A stretch of DNA of 62,673 nucleotides, filler included. It is 10 parts of 10 records of this genome, joined end to end, with 100 filler letters (N's around TTAATTAATTAA, not from the genome) between each part and the next. Parts side by side here need not be neighbours in the genome. Positions count along the whole stretch, not along the records: positions 1 to 4,036 come from SRR7504441_2534; positions 4,137 to 17,765 come from SRR7504441_2535; 8 more parts are not named here. One strand, 5' to 3'. Position numbers and translations under genes: made by a program. The first letter of the stretch is position 1. Each line of letters begins with the position of its first letter. Shown one piece after another: positions 1 through 10,620 of this stretch. The notes beneath the pieces are model-generated. The model was not told the DNA's origin, ran no database searches, and worked only from the letters and a program-made list of their open reading frames with translations.

Positions 1-60
1 GAAGGTTGCCTAATTTAGAAACTGTGAGTGAGCAGCATTTCTAAGTAGGGAATGCTGTAG

Positions 61-3000
61 GTGGTGCGCTGGCTGCCGGTGCAGCAGAAGCGGATGTTGG
101 AGTTTGTGTGGCCGGTCCCGAGCTTCCAACAGTCGATGCTTGACGGGAGCTGCCCTGCAAAGTCTGTTAGAGTTAAGTTAACACTTGATTAATTCGATTG
201 GTTAGGTACATCACGCACCTGCTGGGACACGAGGGCAAGGGGTCGATCCTGGAGAGCCTGAAGCAGCAAGGGTGGGCGACTGCGCTGACAGCCGGACCGT
301 TACAGGTCTTACCCGATTAGGAAATATATAGTGTTAACTTAACGTGGCAGGATGTGAGGGAGTTTTCGCTTTTATTTGTGGGTGTGACGCTCACTCCAGC
401 CGGGCTAGAGAGCTGGGACAAGGTGCTGTTAACTGTGTGACACTAACTGTGCTGACTGGGCCCTTGCACAAGGTGGCTGAGTGTGTCATGGCCTACATTG
501 CCATGCTCCACAGCCAAGGCCCACAGCGGTGCCCCCACATGCCTTCTAGTCAGCAATGAGCCGTGACACTGCAGATGGGTGTACGACGAGTGCAAGGCGG
601 TGCAAGAAATGGCCTTCCAGTTCGCCTCAAAGCAGGGCGCCTTTGACTACTGCACGCACCTCGCTTGCAACATGCAGGCGCCATCAATCAACCGACGACC
701 ATACCAACACCATTTGGCAGGTCTATCCTCCAGAGGAGACGGTCTCGATAGATTACTCAATGAAAGGCTTCGACCAAGCGAGCATCCAAGCAATCATGGC
801 CTCGCTTCTGCAGTTAAAGTCGCTCCGGCTCTTCCTGGCGGCTCCGGAGTTCTCAGCTCAGATCGACTCAATGTCTCCGGAGAAATGGTACGCCACCTTC
901 CTAATCAGGAAACTAGCTTAACACCTTCCTAATTAGGAAAACTGTCTAGCTTAACATGTCTGCTGCAGGTACGGCACCATGCACAGCTCCACTCCATTTA
1001 CAGAGGACCAAATCCAGCGGTGGGACCCGACCCAATCCGACAAGAGCGGTGTTAACACCTCCTTCCTAATTAGGCAATGACCTGTTAACCCAGGCGAGTA
1101 CGGCCTTTCGCTCCCTCCAGAAAACAAGTTCATCAGCACCGATTTCACGCTGGTCGAAGGCAAATCGGAGCCGAGTGTGCTTCTCCTGTCAGAGTCTGAT
1201 AGCCATCGGCTGTGGCATAAACTGGACGGCGAGGGCGGAGCGTTCGGACTGCCAAAGGTATGTTAACACCTTCCTAAAAGGGGAATAACCGGTTAATGTC
1301 AGGTGTCTGTTAATATTCAGCTCAAATTGCCGCTCGGGTATGCATCAGCCAGGCAAGAGACTGGCCTATATGTAATGCAGTGATTAATCTGAATTTGGCT
1401 TTTCCAGACACGCTGTGCACGCCAAGCTGCTGTCGCTAGTTGCCACCGACGCCCTGGCCGAGCTGGCGTACGACGCCGAGGTGGCTTAACAGTTTGTCCA
1501 AATCAGGCAGTGGCTGTTAACAGGTCGCGGAGCTCAGCTACAGCCTCAGCCACAATCCGGCTGGGCTCCGACTCAGAGTGGCTGGATACAACCACAAAGT
1601 CCCCGAGCTACTCCAGGTAACTGCCCAATCAGTTTCAAATTTGAATTCAGATATTAATCTCGGCGGCAGATTGTGATGCGGCAGCTGACCTCTACAGCCA
1701 ACGAGAGCTCGGCGCAGCGGTTTAACGATCAGTTGGAGAAGTATAAGCAAGAGCTCGGAAACTTCTTCCTGGGCCAGCCTTACTCCGTGTGCGACTACGA
1801 GCTGGGGGTGGCTCGACTAGTTAACACATGTTTAACTGTTTAAGCGCAGGTTTTGCTGGAAGATGGCAAGTATCACATCAGCCAATACCTCCAGGTGCCT
1901 GGACCTTCTTACAAGAAAGGAACTAAGTAAGTGTCTCGTCAGGTTCTCGACACAGTTACTCACGACGAATTCGGCCGCTTCTGCCAGCAGCTGCTCGGCC
2001 TTGGCTTCACAGAAATGCTAGTACACGGTCAGTCAACCGCCACCTTCCTAATTAGGCTAACTGTGGTAACAGGCAACATGTCGGCTGCGGCTGCGGCCGA
2101 GCTGTGTGAGCAAACTGAGGCCGAGCTCCGACGTGGCTGCGGGACTGCTTCCTGCCTTGAAGCCGACTTAACTGGTCGGCGGGCCGTTGTTCTCCCCATC
2201 GGTAATCCCCAACCGCCATTTTAACAGCATTTTAACTGTCACTCAGGCGAGGCGCGATATCATACGAGTGTGGCCAACCCTGACGAGGCCAATTCGTGTA
2301 TCGAAGTCTATATGCAGCTCTGCTGGCAGTCGCTGCACGACGGTGCTCTCCGCCACCTTCCCGATTAGGCATCGATGACTGTTAACAACGACAGGCGCGC
2401 TGCTGGAGCTGCTGGCTGAGCTGATCCGAGACGACTGTTTCGAGACGCTCCGCACCCAGCAGCAGCTCGGGTACATCGTCTGGTACACAGCCAGTCAGGG
2501 CCGGCCGAGGGGTTCGGTTCAGGTCCGGATCGCATCTGGCCAATCACGTCTCCGGCTTCCGGGTATTATTATAATCAATACCATAAGTATCTAGCTCTGT
2601 GGTGCCTGTGACTTGAGTGCACTGAGGAAGAAGCCAGGTGATTGTGCAATCGGACAACACGCCGCCGGAGCAAGTCTACGATCGGATATTCGACTTCCTC
2701 GACTCGCACCGCGCCGGTCAGGCCTTAAATCCATATAGATCTATATACACTAACTACTATATATGCATAAGTGTTTAGTACTGGCTCTATAGTATAGCAA
2801 CTTGCCCTTCTGAGTATGAGTGCTGGGGGCAGGTGTGCTGGAGGAGATGTCGGAGGATGATTTCTGTGAGATCCGCAACTCGCTCGCAGCCAAGAAGCGA
2901 CAGAAGGAGGACAACCTGAGCCAAGAGACCTCCAAGCACTGGGCCGAGATCGACGCCGGGGTGACTGCTCCTACCCCTTCCACTGGCCAGCAGCTGGTCT

Positions 3001-3656
3001 CATGTCTGTGTGGGGGCAGGCGTACTGCTTTGGGCGGAAGCATCTCGTGGCGGCCGAGCTCGAGACAATCAGTCAGTTGGAGCTTGTGGGCGGCTGTTTA
3101 ATGCCGTTGGGGACAGGTAAGCAGCAGGTTCTCGACTTTTACGACGAACACTTCGCCCCAGGCGAGATTTAAGTAATTTATTTAATTTAAATAACTCCGA
3201 ATGGCAGGCAAGCGGCGGTGCTTGGTTGCAATGCACCACAGCAGCCGGCATCCGATCCTGCCAGACCCTTCTGGCACCGAAACTATCACTAGCACGGCAC
3301 AGTTCCGGGCGGAAGCTGTGCTGCACCCGAGCGTACCCAGGTGTGTCATACAATTAATCAAAAGCCCGATCTGTAATAATCATTGATCGGGTGTAGGCTG
3401 TGCAAGTTGGCTGAGCATCAACGGTCTCTCGAGGAACGGACCAAGGCGGCGGCCGAAGCCGTTGCGGTCGAGTTCGAGATGAAAGCCTCCGGCATACAGG
3501 TGCATTGCAGTGCTACTAGAGGGGGTGAAGGGGGGAGTGCAGGCCGAGCCGAGCGCGCCGGTCGAGTTTGAGCTGCGCGACTTGAGTCCGAGGCGGGCAA
3601 GGCCTCACCAGCCGGGCTCGCCGTACACTGCCAGCTACCGCGAAAACTGGTCATGA
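61..3656 (+). CDS. IDE: Insulin-degrading enzyme / insulinase (M16A metallopeptidase); 5'-partial; about 20 short introns
   Basis: Spliced translation gives YITHLLGHEGKGSILESLKQQGWATAL, WYGT, LSLPPENKFISTDF, ELAYDAEVAELSY, LRVAGYNHK and FETLRTQQQLGYIV, all typical IDE segments. Example introns: 162-205, 306-350, 423-472, 529-574, 678-720 (GC-AG), 888-968, 1049-1093. Confidence 0.85.
894..940. repeat. Tandem pair of intronic palindromic motif CACCTTCCTAAT(C/T)AGGAAA
   Basis: 894-912 and 922-940 lie inside intron 888-968. The core TTCCTAATTAGGAA is a perfect 14-bp palindrome. Related copies are at 308, 1061, 1267, 2041 and 2354. Confidence 0.85.
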
Positions 3657-4036
3657 TGACTGTTCGATCAGATGTACAGGAGACGCGGTTAGGCTTCGTA
3701 CGAGTAATCGTTCTGCGCGATGCATGAATGTAAAAATTGTTCTATCCGTACTAATCGCTTAGCTTTGCATTGAAAACCCATTCGCTTACATGAATCGTTG
3801 TAGCGTAGACATGGATCATAATTATATAATTTCGATTTGACTATTCGCTAGCGCTGAATTAATTCGTGATTACGTCACTAGAAAGCGCTTATTATACCGC
3901 AAGAGGTGCAGACAACTGAGCTCCTCATTGATATGAATGTGCACGGGATCGTTCCCATATTGGCATAATCAAAAGGCTGCAATGCCACGGCCTTGCTCAG
4001 TTGCCCGAGCCCGGCCCTTTCTCAAAGTCGAACCCG

Positions 4037-4136
4037 NNNNNNNNNNNNNNNNNNNNNNNNNNNNNNNNNNNNNNNNNNNNTTAATTAATTAANNNNNNNN
4101 NNNNNNNNNNNNNNNNNNNNNNNNNNNNNNNNNNNN
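4037..4136. other. Artificial contig spacer (N44-TTAATTAATTAA-N44); same spacer at 17766-17865, 33095-33194, 37371-37470, 41293-41392, 44980-45079, 50312-50411, 53425-53524, 58925-59024
   Basis: Identical 100-nt blocks with a six-frame stop linker. Genes are truncated at these points. Confidence 0.98.
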
Positions 4137-4249
4137 GCCAGGGTGAGCGTCGAGCCGGCCGCGCAGTCCAATGCGCAGAGGGCCAGCACAGCCCGCAAAC
4201 TGGAACCCGCCAAAGCTTTGGCCGCCATACGCGTTGTGATCCCCACCAT
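4137..4249 (-). CDS. 5' end of a probable secreted protein (signal peptide only; truncated by the gap)
   Basis: MVGITTRMAAKALAGSSLRAVLALCALDCAAG..., head-to-head with the gene at 4303. Confidence 0.5.
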
Positions 4250-4302
4250 GGTGTCCCGAGTCAGTTGGAAAATCTCAAATTCGAAGTGGTGAAAGCACTC
4301 CC

Positions 4303-6639
4303 ATGCCATCGACGAGAAGCGTGCTCCATCTTGTGGTCGGCCTTGCCGTCGCGGCCGCCGACCAGCAGCTCGCCATCGACCTCCTCCAGCTCTCGCCCCG
4401 CCGGGCCGGCGGCCGCTGCGACGCGCTCTGCCGCAACATGACAGCCGCGGCAAATATGTCCGCCCTCGCACCCGGCTGCCGGGCGCTCTGCTCGTTTGTC
4501 AGCAACGCCTGCGTGGACAGCATGATCGCCTGGGGTCCCGCCCGGACCGCGCAGGCCGTTGCCGCCTCCTCGGACCCCCGGGCTGCCCTGGCCTCTGCCG
4601 CGCAGGTCCTGGGGGAGATGTCAGATTCCCCGACGTTTGGAGTCCTTTCAGAAGTGCGCAGCCAGCTCAACTTTTACGGAGACCCGGATAGATGCAATGC
4701 GATTGCTAGCGCACACTACTGCCATGCATCGCTGAAGGTTGAGCAGGAGGGCATGGCTCTGGCGGTGGGAAACCTCGCATTCTGCCTGCCGAAGCAGTGC
4801 GAGGTGGATGCGCTGCGGCAGCGGCTCGAGCAGCTGATGCCTCCCTCACTGGACGTCCGGCCGGAGCTCATGTGCGGGGACCAACAGCACGACTGGGAAG
4901 CAGGGACGTACGTCATGCTGGCGCTCTCAGCTGTGTTGCTCTCCGTCGTGGCTGTAGCGACGTTCCTTGACAGCCGAGGCACAGACGGACCGGTGCTGCC
5001 CTCCAACTCCGATGAGGGCGACCCCCGACGCGGGCGGCAGTTGCTGGCCAGCTTTTCGCTCGGGCGAAACTGGGCGAAGCTCTGTGAGCCTCCTCGCCAG
5101 CTCGCTACGTCTAGCCTGGATGGAATCAGAGCCTGCTCGATGGCCTGGGTAATTCTGGGCCACTCACTGCTCTGGCCGCTCACGTTTGGACTTGGGTATG
5201 CCAATCTCGGGGAGGTGGCACCACTCAAACCTGGAAGGTCTTCGCTGATGGCAACATTGCCAGGACAAGCTATCCAAGCGGCAGAGTTCAGCGTGGATTC
5301 CTTTTTCTTCATGTCCGGATTCCTGGCGCTCTTCATTGGCATGAAGAAGCTCAGGAGTCGGTCGGCACAGAGCGTGCTGATGACGGCGCCGATGATGCTG
5401 TTCGAGAGATTTCTCCGGCTGACTCCGCTGTATATGTTTGTGCTTTGGTTTTATGTTTGGGTGATCCCAGTCGTGCAGAGGGGACCTTACTGGAATGTGC
5501 CCGATGCCGAGGTCTGCAAGCGCTATTGGTGGCAGAACCTGCTGTACATCCAGACACTGTTCCAATCGCTTCAGCTCGGCGCCGAGGGCTCCGGCACTTG
5601 CTACAATGTTTCGTGGTATTTGGCGGACGATTTCATGTACTTTGCTCTGGTGCCCTTCATTATCGCAGCCACCAAAATCCGGACCTGGATCGGACTGATC
5701 CTGCTCGCCACTGGAATCGCGGCAAGTGTTGCATACAGCCTTTACTCTGCGATTCACGGCAACTGGTCGGTGCTGATGCTCGATATGAATCCTATGGCAA
5801 AGGATAATTACCTGAACGGCTATTATTTCCCTCCCTGGACACGCTGCCCGCCTTATTTTATCGGAGCAGCCCTCGGGATCATTTGGATCAAGTTCGAAGC
5901 GCCCGTCACAAAGCTCTTTGCGCACCGGATGGTTCCTCTGGCCAGCCTCGCCACTGCAGTGACGGTTCTATTGCTGTGCGCCTACGGACTTTACCCAGGC
6001 ACCGGATCAGTGCCAAGTTCAGTGCCTGCTACAGCGATGGCTTTCTATGTGGCCTTTTCGAAACCTCTGTGGGCACTTGCACTAGCGCTGCTCAGCCTCA
6101 CTACCTTTGCACGACGAGGGGGCTTCATACAGTGGATTTTGGAGCGGCAGGCGCTGGGCTACTTGAGTAAGCTGACCTTTGCAATGTATCTGGTTCATCC
6201 TGTTGTGCTCGCAGTGGTGGTCGGCTCCAAGACCCGACCCGAGCACTATTCAGTAGTTGAGCTGAGCACAACCTTCATTGCAGTGCTGGTCGTCTCGGCT
6301 CTGGGTGGGCTGATCCTGCACTTGCTGGTAGAGCTTCCTACTGCCAACCTGATCCAGCAACTTCTCGCGGCCTGCAAACCTGCAAAGAAACCTGAACACA
6401 GCTCCGCCGACCGCCGATCGCCGAAGCCCTTGGACGAAACCATGTCCTCCCAGCTGCTACATCAAGTGCTCGACTCTCCGTACGATTCGCCAACAGTCTG
6501 TTCTCCGCCGTTTGAGGACGTCAGCACCCCCACACAGCGCAAATCACTGATAGAAATGCACCCTACTTCGCCATTTGTGCCGGTGGAGCTTCATCCAATC
6601 AGTAGCTCGGCCCCGAGTGTTTGCCCGAGACCCGCGTGA
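4303..6639 (+). CDS. NRF-6/OACYL-like O-acyltransferase (NRF domain plus Acyl_transf_3), multi-pass membrane protein
   Basis: 778-aa ORF with signal peptide, YGDPDRC..HYC, FCLPKQC, LDGIRACSMAWVILGH, SVDSFFFMSGFL, RFLRLTPLY, WYLADDFMYF and LSKLTFAMYLVHP. Confidence 0.9.
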   Translation: MPSTRSVLHLVVGLAVAAADQQLAIDLLQLSPRRAGGRCDALCRNMTAAANMSALAPGCRALCSFVSNACVDSMIAWGPARTAQAVAASSDPRAALASAAQVLGEMSDSPTFGVLSEVRSQLNFYGDPDRCNAIASAHYCHASLKVEQEGMALAVGNLAFCLPKQCEVDALRQRLEQLMPPSLDVRPELMCGDQQHDWEAGTYVMLALSAVLLSVVAVATFLDSRGTDGPVLPSNSDEGDPRRGRQLLASFSLGRNWAKLCEPPRQLATSSLDGIRACSMAWVILGHSLLWPLTFGLGYANLGEVAPLKPGRSSLMATLPGQAIQAAEFSVDSFFFMSGFLALFIGMKKLRSRSAQSVLMTAPMMLFERFLRLTPLYMFVLWFYVWVIPVVQRGPYWNVPDAEVCKRYWWQNLLYIQTLFQSLQLGAEGSGTCYNVSWYLADDFMYFALVPFIIAATKIRTWIGLILLATGIAASVAYSLYSAIHGNWSVLMLDMNPMAKDNYLNGYYFPPWTRCPPYFIGAALGIIWIKFEAPVTKLFAHRMVPLASLATAVTVLLLCAYGLYPGTGSVPSSVPATAMAFYVAFSKPLWALALALLSLTTFARRGGFIQWILERQALGYLSKLTFAMYLVHPVVLAVVVGSKTRPEHYSVVELSTTFIAVLVVSALGGLILHLLVELPTANLIQQLLAACKPAKKPEHSSADRRSPKPLDETMSSQLLHQVLDSPYDSPTVCSPPFEDVSTPTQRKSLIEMHPTSPFVPVELHPISSSAPSVCPRPA

Positions 6640-6876
6640 TGGATACAACGCGGCTCTTGTGCGGGTCTGTGAACAATTATATGGGCAGGTACTGGCCATA
6701 ATATTTACTTTGACCTAATTTGACCGACGTCTACAGATCAAATCATTATCAGGTCATTGACAATGACATTAATGTCATTGCATGCGCTGTTTACAAGGCC
6801 GTGCAAATAAAGTCATGCGTTTAATGCGTCCACATGATGAGCATTTTAGTGATCTATTGTAATAGTGATCACTTTT

Positions 6877-7944
6877 CTAGTGCGTGGTACAGACTGGCGA
6901 TCGATGTCGACTTTCCCTTTCTGGTTCCACCCAATCGCGGCCCAGCCTACCTACAATCCCTTTCACAGCGCCAGCTTGCAAAAGCAGGCTCTCTACTGCA
7001 TCAGACACAACAAACTCCAACGGATACATGTTGTAGACAGGATAATTCTTTTCCGTCGTATTGTGGCACGGGGCATCTGGGTGAGCCTTGGATCGCAGCA
7101 GCGCCTGCACCGTTTCCAGGTGGTCTCCTCTGACCGCTGCTGTGAGCGCGGTGATGCCCTCGTAGGATCCGCAGGCCATATAGCCAGGGAAGCACTTTCG
7201 TGTTCGCTCATCGATCTGCCGACGAGGCGCTAGCATTCCGGTAGGGTTGTACTCACCCTCGTCCATGTCCCACACGTTCTTGATCGCCCCGAGTTCAGTG
7301 CCCGGTGGGGCTTCTTCGTTCGCAATGCCGGGGTGGTTGGCAAGCAAGGCAACGACTGAGCTCAGCCCTGCCTGGCCGGCTTGGATCAGCACCTTAGACA
7401 TCGCGTTGTTGGGCTTGACCCTCCGGGGAGGCGGATCTGACGGCTCGACGACCAGGTGTGTTGGCTTGATTGCTATTTGTTTGCCCGATTCCTTTATCTC
7501 CACGCACCACCGATCCTCTTGCCACCTCCTCGTCACCAGACCGATCCTGCCGTTGATGTCCGGCCGGCCGTCCATCCCGACTATCGAGACCCGGGCCCCT
7601 GGAGCGATAGGCCGCGCTTCCTCCCGCGGCGCCTCGAGCTCCCTTTGCTCCTCCTCAGCGAGCTTTGCCAGAGCGGCGAAGAGCATGTCACATAGCTCGC
7701 GCTCGGGCGCCAAGCTCGGGCCGAACTTCCTGCCGCGGTGCCAGGTTGAGCCGATGGCATCCTCCACCGCCTGCAGGCTGGACCCGGGCCAGAGGGCTGC
7801 CCACTGTGATGACTCCCACGGCTGAGCGCGCAGCTCAACGAGGGCAGTGCACGAGAGCCCCAGGCGCACCGCGGCAGACGGGCCGCACGGTTCCAGGATG
7901 GCCAGCAGCAGCCACTCGTTCCGAAGCAGCTCCAGGAGATCCAT
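6877..7944 (-). CDS. Hypothetical protein: F-box-like N-terminus, small beta-barrel motif (GARVxIxGxxxRPDINGxxG...IKPxxL), ankyrin repeat(s)
   Basis: Likely start MDLLELLRNEWLLLAIL at 7944; ankyrin-like GITALTAAVRGDHLETVQALLRSKAHPD. Confidence 0.65.
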   Translation of the reverse strand: MDLLELLRNEWLLLAILEPCGPSAAVRLGLSCTALVELRAQPWESSQWAALWPGSSLQAVEDAIGSTWHRGRKFGPSLAPERELCDMLFAALAKLAEEEQRELEAPREEARPIAPGARVSIVGMDGRPDINGRIGLVTRRWQEDRWCVEIKESGKQIAIKPTHLVVEPSDPPPRRVKPNNAMSKVLIQAGQAGLSSVVALLANHPGIANEEAPPGTELGAIKNVWDMDEGEYNPTGMLAPRRQIDERTRKCFPGYMACGSYEGITALTAAVRGDHLETVQALLRSKAHPDAPCHNTTEKNYPVYNMYPLEFVVSDAVESLLLQAGAVKGIVGRLGRDWVEPERESRHRSPVCTTH

Positions 7945-8080
7945 TCTGCAAACGGTGAAAATCATCACTGCAATGTCGGTTATGCACAGGCAACCGGCGC
8001 AGGCGCAGGCCGGCTTCGCGCCCGGATGGACCCCAAACATCCCGGGGTTCCCGTCGGCGGTGACCGCCTACCCGCGCGCG

Positions 8081-9413
8081 ATGGAGGACTACAGCGCGCT
8101 TTGTACGCTCCGCCGATCGCCAGGGCTCACCGGGGGGGGCAGCCCGGCAGCTGGCCGAGAGCCAGATGGCGCTCGAGCGGAGCCGGAACGAGGCGCTCAG
8201 GCTCACAGTCCGGCAGAAGGACGCGGAGGAGCACTACAAGGAGCAGATCGGGGCGCAGGCGGCCCGGCCCGCCCGCCGCGGCCGAGCCGGGCGGACAGAT
8301 CTATAGCCGGGACCAGGACATGGCAGAGCTGCGGGCCGAGCTGGCCGACACCCGGAAGAAGCTGCTGCAAGCCACCGCCAAGGCGGAGGCCGAGGGGGAG
8401 GCGGTGACTGCCTTCACGCGCGAGAATGCGGAGCTCAAGACAAAGCTGATGTCGATAAGCCAAGATATGGACTCGATCGTGGTGAAGCACCAGAACATGG
8501 AAGAGCTCGAAGAGAGCAACGCCACCCTGCGCAAGCAAGTGGAGGGGTGAGCCGCCGGGCGGGCTGGCGGCGAGCCGGGCACAGGCAGCAGAACGAGCTG
8601 CAGGGCACGCTGAAGCGGCATGAGTACGAGATGGCCAACGCGGGCGCCTCCTCCAACGAGATGGGCGAGGCGCTGGAACTCCGGGCGATGCGGATCGATA
8701 ATCTGATGACGGTGGGCGGGTCCGGGAGGGGAGGGCCGAGCGGGCCGGTCAGGCCCTGGACAACGAGCGTGAGCTCAAACTGGACGCCGTGGAGAAGATG
8801 AAATCTGAGCAAAAGCGGGCCAATAAGCTTGACTCGGAGGTAGTCTCAGTCCGGCAGGAGCTCGTGCTCTGCGGTGCGCTGGCCTCGGGCTCGAGCTGAG
8901 CGCAGGGCAGATAAGCAGCTCTCAGAGACCCGGCAGCAGCTGATAGAAGCGGAGATGGTTACGACCGATGCTGAGAACCAGGCGTCCGCCGTCCCGCCAG
9001 AGGCGCAGAGGCTGGCCATCCGGCTGGAGCAAATGTTTGAGACGCTGAACGATAGGATCGTAGCGGCCAAGGTGCGGGCTGGGCTGCAGGCTGGCGCTTA
9101 AGGTTTGTGCAGTTGGACAAGGATCAGGCCAGAGCCGACCTCGCCAAGTGCCAGGCTGCACTCAGCCAGTGTCAAGTGAGCCAGGCCCTGCCAGTTTGAC
9201 TGAGAGGCGGGGCGCAGGCCAAGCTGCAGGCCACCACGCAGGAGAGGGACGAGGCCAACTTGTGTGCTCTGAGGGACCGTGAGGACCTGCAACGCATCAC
9301 CCGTGAGTCTCTAATGTTAGAGCAGTTGTGACTGTGTGCTCGCAGAATCGTGGAGGTCGCACCGGTCCAAGTTTGAAGCCGTGGGGATCAAATCGTCCAT
9401 GATCTTGAACTAA
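8081..9413 (+). CDS. Coiled-coil protein, about 8 short introns
   Basis: Continuous heptad-rich reading frame after removing 37-43 nt introns (e.g. 8259-8298 GC-AG, 8547-8584, 8874-8910). Confidence 0.7.
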
Positions 9414-9635
9414 GAGCTCTCTTTAGTGTTTTAGTCAAGTACATGAAATCTAGGTAACTGATTCTGTGCGTATCAATGAATGCACTATTTCATATTAATC
9501 ATGGGCAATCAACGCGCTGACTTGGCTGCAAGCTCTTTATTTGGCTGCAGAAGTTTTGTTTGACTCACGACACGGAGATATTACAATTCCTAGATCCTTG
9601 ACACAATCAATTAAAAACACCATCAATCGTCATCA

Positions 9636-10547
9636 TCATCGCAAGTTTGCCCGGAAGGCGAGGAATCCAAGCGCACAGCTTTGAAATATGCAGGCAAACA
9701 TATACATATAGAGTGGAAACATGGCAAAGTACCATGCGACCTGCCCCCCGTTTAGCCAGCCAAGGGCAGGCAGCTGACCGTATACAGATCTTCCGAGCAA
9801 TTTTTCACATAGATCACATAATAGTAGAAATGTAGAATGTTCCACAAGGCCACCAGCGCAATGGCCATCATCATGAGTGCCAAGAACATGATCAGCCCCA
9901 CCAGCACCAGTCTCATCCTCGGCCTATCGGACACATCAATCAACGGCCCATAGCTCTCGTCCTCGAGCAAATACTCGCCCGTCTCTACATCAAACCACTC
10001 CTGGTCCCGCGCCCGCCTGAAGCAGTTGGGCACGAGGTTCTCTATCAGCCCATGCTGCGCGACACACTGGAGCAGGAGCAACACTCCGCAGAGTTGCAGA
10101 CAGCATTTGCCATAGGTTCTCATAGTCCGCGCGATCGGATAGTCACACGACTCGTCCCTGTACTTGTTGCCATAGTAAAAACAAATGATTCCGACCGCGG
10201 CCGTGAAGGACACAGTCAACAGCATCACCATCACCATTCGCACCATCCCGCCCGCGAAATTGCGCACGTCCTCCGAGTCCTGCGCGTCCCGCCGGCTCTT
10301 GGCCGCATAAAATCGCTCGCGCACGCGCCCCCTGATCGCCCGGTCCACCTCTAGCATCGCCCGGCAGGACAGCGCCACCCTGGCCCCCGGCTCGTCCAGC
10401 CGCCTGTTGCTCGACGCACCGGATCTTATCGCGCATCGGCAGGAACGAGCCGATAATGCTCCGGAGCCCCTCCGGCAGCCGGTCAAACGGTCCCGCAGCC
10501 TCCAGCCCGTCGAGCCCCTCGAGAGCCACATACTCACCCTCGGCCAT
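9636..10547 (-). CDS. F-box-like domain plus four-TM (TMEM272-like) membrane protein, 2 introns
   Basis: Spliced PFDRLPEGLRSIIGSFLPMRDKIR|VALSCRAM fits the F-box consensus. Four hydrophobic segments follow, with GNKYRDESCDYP and CSEDLYT loops. Confidence 0.7.
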
Positions 10548-10620
10548 GGTTGGTCCTGCGCCGACACCGCAGCCCGCGGGCAACTGCTGGCGAGAGTAAC
10601 GGCATTTTGCGAAGCAATGC
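10528..10620. promoter_or_regulatory. Bidirectional promoter module, copy 1 (between the ATGs at 10547- and 10617+)
   Basis: Only 69 nt between divergent start codons; homologous to 12338-12430. Confidence 0.7.

Noticed and set aside
4081-4092. Recurrent TTAATTAATTAA palindrome within N-runs
   Set aside because: Artificial six-frame stop linker between contigs. Adjacency across it has no biological meaning.
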